Source of the DNA: Macrostomum lignano
Lineage: Eukaryota
Assembly: GCA_002269645.1 (NCBI GenBank)
Contig: NIVC01002423.1
Coordinates: forward strand, 47,322 to 111,321
Direction: 5' to 3'
Length of the DNA: 64,000 nt
Shown here: piece after piece, positions 48,058 through 59,529 of the stretch
How positions within the stretch are numbered: position 1 is the first letter of the stretch
How the letters are laid out: each line of letters starts with the position of its first letter
Notes under the pieces: model-generated
The model's database searches: none
What the model was told of the DNA's origin: nothing
Seen by the model: the letters and a program-made list of their open reading frames with translations, nothing else
Made by a program: the position numbers and the translations under genes

Positions 48058-49406
48058 TTAAATCTTTGATGTCGAACTGTCCGAGTCACTGGGGTAAACT
48101 TTTCCGCCCCGAAGCACTCTTCTTACATGCTCTCCTTCTTCCATTACTGAGTTGCTTTTGTTTTCTTTTCCCTTCATGGTGCGAAACTCGCGCCTCCTTT
48201 TTTCCGTTACTTGTGGCACCGAGTCAGAACCAGACCTCTTGCGTATCGTGATCCCCCTAGCAGCGCTTTCTGAAGCGGAGGCGTCGGAGGTGCCGGCAGC
48301 AGAGGCGCCAGCGGAGGCGCCAGCGGAGGCGCCAGCGGAGGTGCGGGCAGCAGAGGCGCCAGCGGAGGCGCCAGCGGAGGCGCCAGCGGAGGCGCCAGCG
48401 GAGGTGCGGGCAGCAGAGGCGCCAGCGGAAGCGCCAGCAGAGGCGCCAGCAGGGGCGCCAGCGGCGATGTCGGCGGGCGTTTTACTGGCACCGGAAGCGG
48501 CGGTGTCCGTAGCAGCCGTGTTACCGCGCCTTGTAGCAGCCCTCGTATTCATTGAGCCTGCTGCTGCTGCTGCTGCTGCTGAGGCAGCGGCGGCACCGGA
48601 AGCGGTGGTTGTTGCAGCAGTGTCGGCGCATAAAGCCGACTCGGCAGCCTGTGTGTAGTGATTGTGGGGGTATATTACAAGTTGAATTTAGGAATATCGT
48701 AAAATGTTTCTATCTTGCAGGGTTCTAATTTTAAAGGATATTGAATTTTGGTACACTATAATTTACATACGTTGCGGACGTGTGGAAATTTCAATACGTA
48801 GTTAAATTTAATATCTTGCGAAATTCGAGTTTCAGTCTCTTACATCGATAGCGCTCTTAGAAGGCACGGCCGGTGTCTCCGCAGTACGACCTCCCGGCGA
48901 AGACGGCGCACCAGAATCGGAAGCGGCGGCGCCCCTAGCAGCCGTCTTGCCGCGCCTTTTATTGGCCTTCGGAATAGTTGAGGCTGCTGCTGCTGCTGCT
49001 GCTGCTGGGGCAGTGCCGGCACCCGAAGCGGTGGTTGTTGCAGCAGTGTCGGCGCATAAAGCCGACTCGGCAGCCTGTGTGTAGTGATTGTGGGGGTATA
49101 TTACAAGTTGAATTTAGGAATATCGTAAAATGTTTCTATCTTGCAGGGTTCTAATTTTAAAGGGTATTGAATTTTGGTACACTATAATTTACATACGTTG
49201 CGGACGTGTGGAAATGTCAATACGTAGTTAAATTTAATATCTTGCGAAATTCGAGTTTCAGTCTCTTACATCGATAGCGCTCTTAGAAGGCACGGCCGGT
49301 GTCTCCGCAGTACGACCTCCCGGGGAAGACGGCGCACCGGAATCGGAAGCGGCGGCGCCCCTAGCAGCCGTCTTGCCGCGCCTTTTATTGGCCTTCGGAA
49401 TAGTTG

Positions 49407-49440
<34 letters not shown>

Positions 49441-52400
49441 GGCAGTGCCGGCACCCGAAGCGGTGGTTGTTGCAGCAGTGTCGGCGCATAAAGCCGACTC
49501 GGCAGCCTGTGTGTAGTGATTGTGGGGGTATATTACAAGTTGAATTTAGGAATATCGTAAAATGTTTCTATCTTGCAGGGTTCTAATTTTAAAGGATATT
49601 GAATTTTGGTACACTATAATTTACATACGTTGCGGACGTGTGGAAATGTCAATACGTAGTTAAATTTAATATCTTGCGAAATTCAAGTTTCAGTCTCTTA
49701 CATCGATAGCGCTCTTAGAAGGCACGGCCGGTGTCTCCGCAGTACGACCTCCCGGCGAAGACGGCGCACCAGAATCGGAAGCGGCGGCGCCCCTAGCAGC
49801 CGTCTTGCCGCGCCTTTTATTGGCCTTCGGAATAGTTGAGGCTGCTGCTGCTGCTGCTGCTGCTGGGGCAGTGCCGGCACCCGAAGCGGTGGTTGTTGCA
49901 GCAGTGTCGGCGCATAAAGCCGACTCGGCAGCCTGTGTGTAGTGATTGTGGGGGTATATTACAAGTTGAATTTAGGAATATCGTAAAATGTTTCTATCTT
50001 GCAGGGTTCTAATTTTAAAGGATATTGAATTTTGGTACACTATAATTTACATACGTTGCGGACGTGTGGAAATGTCAATACGTAGTTAAATTTAATATCT
50101 TGCGAAATTCAAGTTTTAGTCTCTTACATCGATAGCGCTCTTAGAAGGCACGGCCGGTGTCTCCGCAGTACGACCTCCCGGCGAAGACGGCGCACCAGAA
50201 TCGGAAGCGGCGGCGCCCCTAGCAGCCGTCTTGCCGCGCCTTTTATTGGCCTTCGGAATAGTTGAGGCTGCTGCTGCTGCTGCTGCTGCTGGGGCAGTGC
50301 CGGCACCCGAAGCGGTGGTTGTTGCAGCAGTGTCGGCGCATAAAGCCGACTCGGCAGCCTGTGTGTAGTGATTGTGGGGGTATATTACTACGTTGTGAAC
50401 GTGTGGAAATTTGAATACCTAGTGAAATTCAGTATTTTGCGAATTTCGAATTTTAGTCTCTTACCTCGATGGCGCTCTTAGAGCGCACGACAGTTGTCTC
50501 CGGCTCGGCAGCAACTGGGACAGACGATGCAGGCAGCAGCGGTGGCAGCATGCTTTGGCTTTGTCGACGCATCCATTTGTCTTGTCATTGGTCTTTGGAC
50601 CACGCTGTTCTCCGATTCCTCTCCTAGATTGGGCGGAGCGCTTTTACGTCGGCTGAGACCGTTCAACCTGTGGATCAACAGACCTAAGTTTAACTCCCGG
50701 TCAAACACCATTTCGGTGTAAATCGCGTCTCGCTCCGTGATGCCGCCGAAGTTGATCCGCTGCATGCCATAGGTCCGGTGGTCCTTTCCAGCGTTGATAT
50801 AATCAAATAAGCAGCTCTGAAGTTCCTTGATGTTTCCATTCTGGCGGATAGCAAAATTAAAAAGAACCGCCAATAGGTCACATTTATCTAGGCTGTTCAG
50901 GGCGCCAGCCAGAATGGCCAGGTCATCTCGGCCGTTCTGGGTGCTGCTGTCAAACGAGGCATTCAGAGCGGCCAGGGAATCAGCGCCCTGGTCGGCATCC
51001 GGCGCCGTCATGAGCCTGGTGAGGAGGAGCCAGTCCGAGGGCAATGCGGCATCCGCAAAACTAGCCGGTGCCACCACCGGAACACCGAAACTGGCTAGTG
51101 CTGGGAGCTGCCGGTGGACGCTGACGAAAGGCGGCAACGACGAATCCATCTGTGAAAGAGAATGGTAGTTGGTTTTCAAATAAAAAATTTCAAATGAAGT
51201 ATTTGAGAAGTTCGATTAAGTTTATAGTCAAAAGTAAATTTGCAACGTACATGTAACGAACCTACTTCACGGTTAAAGTTAGATTATGTAGTAAAATACT
51301 GTAACTTGTACGTGTCGATTTTAATACTCTTGAATTTACAGCCTATTGGACGTGTTAAACTGTAGGTGAATATTAAATTAACGGAATTTACAGCATTTGG
51401 ATTTCCATACTCTCTGTTTTCACTATGTATATAACGTGTGGAATATTGCTGTAAAATAATAGATTTGGTTAAGGAACCTTCAGCAGTTTTTGGTTTGCCA
51501 CACATAATACGCATTGAATTTTGCCGTAAATGAACAACTAAATATTACAGTAAAAATTACCCCTTCAAGTGGGGCCGCGACGCCAGCCGCGATGGACGCC
51601 AATGGCGACTCCTCATCCGACGACCTGCGTTTGGCAGGGGCTGATCCTGCAGCTGCTGCCGCCGCCTTGGGCTTCTTTAGCGGTTGGAACTGTACCGTTT
51701 TCTGTGGAAATATTATGAGTGACTTAATATATATTTCTTATATATTAAAAAATGCATTAAAAAAAGCACGAAATTTTTAACTTCACTCTTTACTCACAGG
51801 CAACTGCGCTTCTGGAGACGAGTCCGTGCCGTCATCCGCCGACTGCTTCTTCTTGCGCGGCACCGGCGTTTCTGGCAGCTGGTCGACGGGCGGTGCCAGG
51901 CGACTGGGCTTCGCCTTGTTGTAGTGTTGGAACTGGCGCTTGATGAGCGCAGCCGTGGACTCCGCTAGCTCGACGACGGCTGTTTTACCGATCCGCTCCA
52001 GCTCCACCTTCTCTTCCTCGGTTATCGGCTGATACCAAGCGTCCTTTGGCGGAGCGGTCTCGCCTTTCCAAATGCTGCCATTTGCCAAGCAGTGTCTTTT
52101 GACGTTATTGGTTCGAAAACACGGACAGAGGTTCTGAGCATCGGCTCTCACGGCGCCTAGCTCGACCCACTGGGCGAATAGCCCATTGGGACACGTCAGA
52201 GACGGGGCCTCTTGGAAGGTCAGCCGAACCTTTCGAAGCATGGGGCCTTTATGGATCAAAGCCACTTTGGAATCTACCTTACGAGGCCTGTACTTCTTCC
52301 TTCGGCCTGCAGGCCCGTCAACGGGTTCTACGGCAACGCCTTCTTCAGCATCATCTTCGTCGGCAGCTTCCTCGTTGGCAGAGTCTTCGTCCAACTCAAC

Positions 52401-52569
52401 CTCAGAGTTTTCACCTTCAATGTCTTCTTCGAAGTCAACCTCCTGCTGGACTCTATCTTCATTTGACGGCCGATAATCTTTGTCATCCTCGTCGGACACT
52501 TCCTCTGCATCGGATGATTCGTCTACGTCAACGCCGGACTTTTTCTTCATGCGAGAGTTGAGCCGTTGG
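48058..52569 (-). CDS. Spliced gene of unknown function, 5' end not found, with a tandem exon array
   Basis: Exons 52569-51798, 51701-51561, 51149-50465 (one +1 frameshift near 50520), four copies of a 231/237-bp exon, and 48648-48058. GT-AG boundaries are all phase 0. Confidence 0.7.
48648..50390. repeat. 426/432-bp tandem repeat, about 4 near-identical copies (exon plus intron unit)
   Basis: Acceptors at 50358, 49932, 49506, 49074 and 48648. Units differ mainly in GCA triplet number. Confidence 0.95.
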
Positions 52570-52789
52570 CTGTAAAATATAATAGGGTTTACATTCTAAA
52601 TTTAATACGCACGCAGTGTACCAAATTTTTAGGTAGCAAAATCTGAAGCAATCAACTGCATTCTGCAATAGTTAAGAGAAAGTTATGTGCGGCAAGGAAT
52701 GTAAAATAATTAAATATTGCAATCAATCTACATTTGAAAACTCATTTCGAATATACATTCGGCCTTCTGATAGGCTTATTAAATTAATA

Positions 52790-53730
52790 AATATATATTG
52801 CGACTCTTGAATTTTGGGCACCAATGGCAGATGGTTAAAGTTTCACAATCTCATACAATATCAAATTAGTATTTCTATATGCTCATCAAGTTGTAATTTT
52901 AATATGGTTAGAGTGTCTGGAATTTCAATTTTTATATACTGATATCCTCAAACATAAGTGAGTTGCAAATTTGCTAAAGCTCTACGTATTTTAATATATA
53001 TATATATATTTGCACTCCTAAATATTCCTAAATTTTAGCCACTGCTGACAGTTGGTTGAAGTTCTATATTGTCATACAATATCACAAATATCATACAAAT
53101 TGTAATTTTAATATGCTTAGAGTGTCTCGAATTTAAATTTTCATATACTGATATCCTCAAATATAAGTGAGTTGGCAAATTTGCTAAGTCTAAGGCTCTA
53201 CCTATTTTAATATATATATAAAAATTTGCACTCCTAAATTTTAGCCACTACTGACAGTTGGTTAAAGTGCTATTTTGTCATACAAAATCACAAATATCAT
53301 ACAAATTCTAATTTTAATATGCTTAACGTGTATGGAATTTAAATTTTCATATACTGATATCCTCAAATATAACTGAGTTGCCAAATTTGCTAAGCCTAAG
53401 GCTCTACCTATTTTAATATATATATATATATATATTTGCACTCCTAAATTTTAGCCACTACTGACAGTTGGTTGAAGTGCTATATTGTCATACAAAATCA
53501 CAAATATCATACAAATTCTAATTTTAATATGCTTAGAGTGTATGGAATTTAAATTTTCATATACTGATATCCTCAAATATAAGTGAGTTGGCAAATTTGC
53601 TAAAGCTCTACCTATTTTAATATATATTTGCACTCCTAAATTTTAGCCACTGCTGACAGTTGGTTCAAGTGCTATATATCATACAATATCACAAATATCA
53701 TACAAATTGTAATTTGAATTTGCCTAGAGT
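52790..53730. repeat. About 200-bp tandem repeat, about 5 copies, each with a variable (TA)n tract
   Basis: GCACTCCTAAATTTTAGCCACTGCTGACAGTTGG...ATCATACAAAT...GATATCCTCAAATATAAGTGAGTT repeated. Confidence 0.9.
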
Positions 53731-54029
53731 GTATAGAATTTAAATTTACATATGCTGACATTCCCAAATATCAATATTCACAAAATTGTGAAATATTTAG
53801 GAGAAATAGTCAACAGAGGTCACGCACTAACGAATTGGTTCAACAAAGCGAAAAATCTCGCAACTACAAATTAAACGCATAACATTTAAAGAAATAATCT
53901 CTACAATTTTTAGCACCCTGTTTAATGGATGCAAAATGAAGAACGGCATCGAAAAATTATAGTTTCAAATATTCTGATGTTGAAATACTTAAAAAGCCAT
54001 AATTCATATAACGACGGTATTGCGTATTA

Positions 54030-54960
54030 AATTTTAGATACGTAGTAAAACATTTTACTACCCAAAGACTTTGCTGCGTAACTTGTGTACGAAATTCTGA
54101 AGCGTAGCAAAATATCTTATTTCGTCCCTGAGACCTCAGGGAAGTACTTTGAACGGAGCCAGTCGAAGCAGCGCCTGCTGGAGTGATGTCCAGTCGATTG
54201 AACTAGTCGCCACTTAATTTTAATTTTCTTGAATTCACAGACCTCGCCAAAATCTGAGCTCGACTTCCAAAATCGGCATCAGTTTTCACAACTGCGGATT
54301 GGCCGCCAAGCACTCGGGGTGGGTAACTTTTTTCCCTAGGAAATACTTCACAGTAGCTAAATTCAATGCGTAGATTACAGCAGAGAGCTTTTCGGCGTCT
54401 GAAATCGTTCGTAGGCCAAAATTGAATTTAGTACCTAAGAATTTGGTACGCTGCGTGGCTATTCATTTTAGATACGTAGTAAAATTCATTTTACTACCCA
54501 AAGACTTTGCTGCGTAACTTGTGTACGAAATTCTGAAGCGTAGCAAAATATCTTATTTCGTCCCTGAGACCTCAGGGAAGTACTTTGACCGGCGCCAGTC
54601 AAAGTAGCGCCTGCTGGACTGATATCCAGTCGATTGAGCTAGTCGCCGGGTAATTTTAATTTTCTTGAATTCACAGACTTCGCCAAAATCTGAGTTCGAC
54701 TTAGCAATCCGCGTCAGTTTTTCACAACTGCACATTGGCCGCCAAGCAGTCGGGGTGGGTAACTTATTTCCATAGGAAATTATTCACACTAGCTAAATTC
54801 AATGCGCTGATTACGATGGAGACCTTTCCGGCGTCTCAAATTGTTTGTAGGCCAAAAAGAAATTACTACCTAAGAATTGGGTACACTGGGTGTGTATTTA
54901 TTTCAGATACGTAGTAAAATCATTTTACTACCCATAGACTTTGCTACGTAATAGGTGTAT
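54030..54960. repeat. About 434-bp repeat unit, right block (partial, full, partial); a further partial copy at about 56985-57110
   Basis: Same sequence and orientation as 46674-47560; unit starts at 54355 and 54791. Confidence 0.9.
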
Positions 54961-55041
54961 GAAATTCGGAAGGTAGAAAAATATTTGTGTGAAACTCTGC
55001 AACGTAGAATAATTTTTACTACTCATCTGCAAATTTCTCAG

Positions 55042-56937
55042 ACCTGTCGCAACATCCAGCTGCTCCAATACTTTGGGGAGGGCCCGACGGCCCGACGCTG
55101 TCAAGATTTGGAGCTGCTCCCGTGCGACCATTGCAGTCCAACGCAGCCTACCGGCAGTCCGCGTCCGCGCGTGTTTGATTTCGCGCCCTTGGCCAAGGCC
55201 GTCCTTCTGATGCTGCGCAACGAGGCCGAGGCTCCATTGCATGCGCAATTAACTGCCTTCCTTGTCGGCGAGAATAATGCCATCAACAGACGGCTTGGCC
55301 GCAACACCGGAATGCTCTTCGGCTGTATGAAAGGGTTCAGCAAGGGGACCACCACCGAGTTCCTGCTTGTCCTCAGCATTAACTCTTGCACGCTTGAGTC
55401 GTGCCGCTACAGCCAAGAGCATGGCCGGCACGAGACGAGCATATCTCCTGGCCCATGCTTCCCGACGGATCTCCGGTTTCGGACCGTCGTAAGTGATCAA
55501 AAATGTCTCTTTATATTGATGTGCGTATAATTTACAATCTCTAGCAAATACCCAACTCCTACTGAAACATTCCTGAAGGAGTCTGACGCCGTCGCCTATG
55601 ACACCGCATTGTCTATGGCCGAATCATTCATGGCGTCCTTTCTGGCTTTCCCGGAAAGCGTCGACCCGGAGCCCCACTCGCAGGCTGTCGAAGGCGAAGC
55701 GGAGCGGGCAGAACAGCAAGTCCGGCCTGACACCGAGCGGCATGTGGCGCCTGTTGCGACCAGGGCGGGCAGGTGGCACTGGACGCAACACCGACAGTTC
55801 CAAAGCTTGAAGAAAAAATTTGGCCTACAGTATGGTGAGTGGAAAAGAATTTTGAAAACAATATGCACTTAAATTTGTTCTTAAATTAGCAACGCGTATG
55901 AAGTGCTAAATTTTTACTGCGTGCTAATTTATCCGAATTTGCAACGTATCAATTTCCAAGTACGTATTAAAACCGGAAGGCAGTATACAGAGAACGTATG
56001 TGAAGTAACTATTTTCCTACTCAATAAAATTTACAACTTTACGTACGTATTAACTTTACAGAGTGTAGTGAAATAACTTTTTAATACCCATACCTTACTC
56101 CCGATATTCGTACCCTTTATATTGGCCCGGCATTGTACGTATTAAACTTTTGCCTTCAAGATGTGAAACAGGTTGCTAAGTTTAAGAGTATGCTGTTTTA
56201 TGATTGTAGTAACTAATGAGAATTTAAACTAAAAGGTTGTTCCCCACTACAACTTTAAAGCCCGCCAGAGAATGCACCGTCGAAGGGCGACTATCACGGG
56301 TGCTATACGGTCGGCGTTCCGCGCAAACGCGCGCAAAACCGCTGCTCCTGCCCCTGCTGACGGTGCCTTAGCTTCCGTGTCGTCTCAGCTACAGATGACA
56401 CTGCCCAGCACATCTGGGTCGGGATCGGTGGCCTCGGCGGCCGAAGCCTCGGCGCCCGATGCCTCGGCGGCGGAAGCCTCGGCGCCCGATGCCTCGGCGC
56501 CCCCGCCTCTATCAGAATCTGCGGACGCCTTTCCAGCTACTCCGGTGATGTCCACACCCAATGGTAAGTTATATTTTTTGCATCACGACCTACATAATAA
56601 TGTTTGCTTTTACGCATTTGGGATTTCTTGAAATTAACAAGTTACTTACATCTAAACCTCGTCCAGGTGGCACTTCGCTGTTTGCACAGCGCACTTGCTG
56701 TAAACACCGCCTCTGTGGTGCAACGCTACCCTGCTTGTACAAGCTGCCAAGACCTGTTGTGCGCCATAAGTTGCCACGCTACTGCGTCTGTGACCGAACC
56801 GATTCGGAGCGGCGCCGACTGTGCAACGAAGGGCATAACTCTTGGCGGCGGGGCCTCCCTAGTTGCGACCCAATCGGGGTCCATGTTTGGACGGATGATA
56901 TGAAAGCGGCAGCACGGCTACTTTATGGATCATTATA
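55042..56937 (+). pseudogene. 5'-truncated spliced RecQ-like helicase fragment (Zn-binding plus RQC) with a novel Cys-rich tail
   Basis: Exon 55042-55488 reads TCRNIQLLQYFGE...C...CDHC...FDFAPLAKAVLLML...LTAFLVG...LFGCMK. Further GT-AG exons at about 55550-55832, about 56260-56565 and 56669-56937. Confidence 0.65.
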
Positions 56938-57489
56938 AGACACGCTTGAAGTACTTTTTGTGTGCACACAGTTGTGCGCTGATTACGTGGAGACCTTTTC
57001 GGCGTCTCAAATTGTTTGTAGGCCAAAAAGAAATTACTACCTAAGAATTGGGTACACTGGGTGTGTATTTATTTCAGATACGTAGTAAAATCATTTTACT
57101 ACCCATAGACTTGGCACTCGGCCAAGTATTTCAGGTACGTAGTAAAATGATTAGTGAAATAGAAACAAAGTAGATCCTATAATTACCACTTTTAGCCTAG
57201 GATGGTTTAGTTGCCCTGGAAACGACAGATTTACTAATATAAATGAATATTCTCCATCACAGAAAACGAAAACTTTGAAAATTGGAAAAAACGTTTCTGC
57301 AAAATTGGGGTGGAGGTGGGGTGGTGGTATTTCCAAGAAATTTGCAGGGAGTGGGGTGGGGGTGAAAGTGGGTCTATATATACAGAGGGGGGTTAGCTGG
57401 GCCCGACTGTTGGGTGGGAAAGGATAACCGAAAGCGGTTTCTAAAAAAATTCACACCTAGCAAAAAACGACACTTAAAGTAAGATAGAT

Positions 57490-58386
57490 ATATATAGCTC
57501 TAATGGGTAAGAATGTTGAAAACTTTATAATGTTTGATGGCGCCGGTGGAAATGGCAAGGGGGTTGAGGACAACCTACTTCTTAGAACTCTAGGATCTGA
57601 TTATGCAGCACCACTGAGTCCTGATGTTTTGAATTCACCAATAAGAATAGACAGGCCAAAACCAGCCCTAGCACAAATTAATAAAAAGAGGTTGGTTATC
57701 AGTCAAGAAGTAAGTGGTGTCTTGAACAATGCATCAATAAAATTACTAACTGGTGGAGGAGTTATTCAAGCTAGAACTTTATATTCAAGCAAGTGTAATG
57801 TTGTTTTACACGCAACCCTAATAGTCGAATGTAATAACAAGCCTGACTTTAGACAAAATATTGGAGATGCAGAAAAAAGACGAATTATAAATATTAATTA
57901 CTTATGTAAATATACAACAGATACCGACATCATTGATCATGAGAAACACATTTATAAAGCAGATTCATATCTTAAAACCGAGGAGTTTAAGAATAAATAT
58001 AAGTTTGCTGAGATGAAACACCTAGTAGAAATTATCAAGCAAACAGGGGGTGAAATATATCTATCTCAAAATGTTATTGAAAACACTAAGGAATTCATAC
58101 AGAATAGCAATTGGTTTGCTCACTTCTTTGAAGAGAATTATGAATTTTTAGAAACTGAGGAAAAAACATTTATGCTTGTTAGAGAAATTACACTGCCGCA
58201 ACAGAGAGTAGATACTATAGGACTCTAGCCCAGCGCGAGAAACGTGAATTCCAACAACAATACATAACAGATTTCTTTAAGAATCACAATGACTATTGTA
58301 AGTATTATAAGGATAGATATAGGCGTAGGATAGATGGTAAACAGCAAGAAACTAGAAATGTTCTGTTTTACTGTGTGAAAAAATAA
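57490..58386 (+). pseudogene. Viral primase-helicase 3' part: D5-like SF3 helicase and C-terminal domain
   Basis: FDGAGGNGKG (Walker A), KKRLVISQE (Walker B), IKLLTGGG.IQARTLY, LIVECNNKP (motif C) and RRI. Frameshift near 58195, stop at 58384-58386. Confidence 0.88.
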
Positions 58387-58398
58387 ACGAAGATGTTA

Positions 58399-59525
58399 TC
58401 AATGCGATTGAATTGGCTGATGAGGGATGGATCTTCTAGGATCCAAATAATATCTTTTATCATCTAAAGGACTCTTTGTTTGTTTCATAATATCACGAAT
58501 ATATATATTATTTTTTTCAGATACAGTCATGCTTACTCTACCTCTTTGAATATCTTTGTAATCTGTCAATAGTATGTTTTTAAATTTTCAAACTTTATAT
58601 TTGTACTGCTTTTATCAACTCCCTTGATCTTAACACGCTCCCCTGAAACTGTAGTCAAAGCATACTCCTTTGACCGCAGGAATACAGCTTCGGAAATTAT
58701 TGAGCCATTCATTGTATCTTTCAACTTTCCAATGACTTTCTTGTTCGTCTCGGAGTATAGTGGATGCTCTGTTGGATAATCCGATGTGTCTAAGTGTTCT
58801 TTAATTTTTTCAAGATCCTCATAAACATCCTGAGTAATCACTGAGAATATCAGAGAATCACAATCAGAATAGTGCAACTGACAGCTGTTCCAATTCTTCT
58901 CAATAACATTGTAATAGCAATCGTACATTAGCATTTTTGCATAATCCAGAATAGCCATTCCTAAATAAATTGGCTTGTCACACGCAATTGTCTTTTTGTA
59001 CATTTGGATACCAACCGCATCCTCACTAAACATAATGAAATCTTTGAAATTTGGTTTAGAAAAATAACGCCTTGCAGTTTTTTCTTCAGCTACAAGATGA
59101 AAGTTCGACCTATTCTTTACATTTTCGATTGTTTTACCGTAGAATGAGTTGTTTAGTAGTTTCCACAGGTCTTTCTCAAATTTAGTTTTTGCTTCCATTC
59201 TCCGCCTGGTATTAAATTCGATGTATTTACTCAACCAGTTTGATTCTTTGAATGAAATAATTCTATGAACTCTCCTAACTCGCATGCCCATCTTCTCATA
59301 AAACTCAAATAGTCTGTGATGTAAAACATATTTCTCCTTGTTGTAAAATGTCAACATCAACTTTGACTGGACAAACTTTTTCTTTTCGACTTCGAGGTAT
59401 TGCTTCTGTATGTTAGATTAATCCTCAAATCTAGTTGTTCGTTTCTCAGGAGCCAGTAAATATTTACTTGTAGCTTTCTTACACTCCTCTGTATATTCAA
59501 GGTCAACTTCAAGGAATCGTACTGA
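58399..59525 (-). pseudogene. Protein-primed family B DNA polymerase (Polinton/Maverick pPolB), 3' half
   Basis: FLEVDLEY...LAPE, KYVLH, EKDLWKLLNNSFYGKTIEN, KPIYLGMAILD, YSDCDS, KKVIGKLKD, LRSKEY, KIKGV, and after a frameshift LDDKRY. Confidence 0.92.
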
Positions 59526-59529
59526 CATT

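Noticed and set aside
48840-50306. Repeated MPALPQQQ... poly-Q ORFs
   Set aside because: Wrong frame of the Ala-rich exon; the splice phases select the poly-Ala frame.
46870-54735. Recurring MCSCEKLTR... short ORFs (46870, 47261, 54553)
   Set aside because: They are the reverse strand of the 434-bp repeat. ORF ends vary between copies and one copy lacks the frame.
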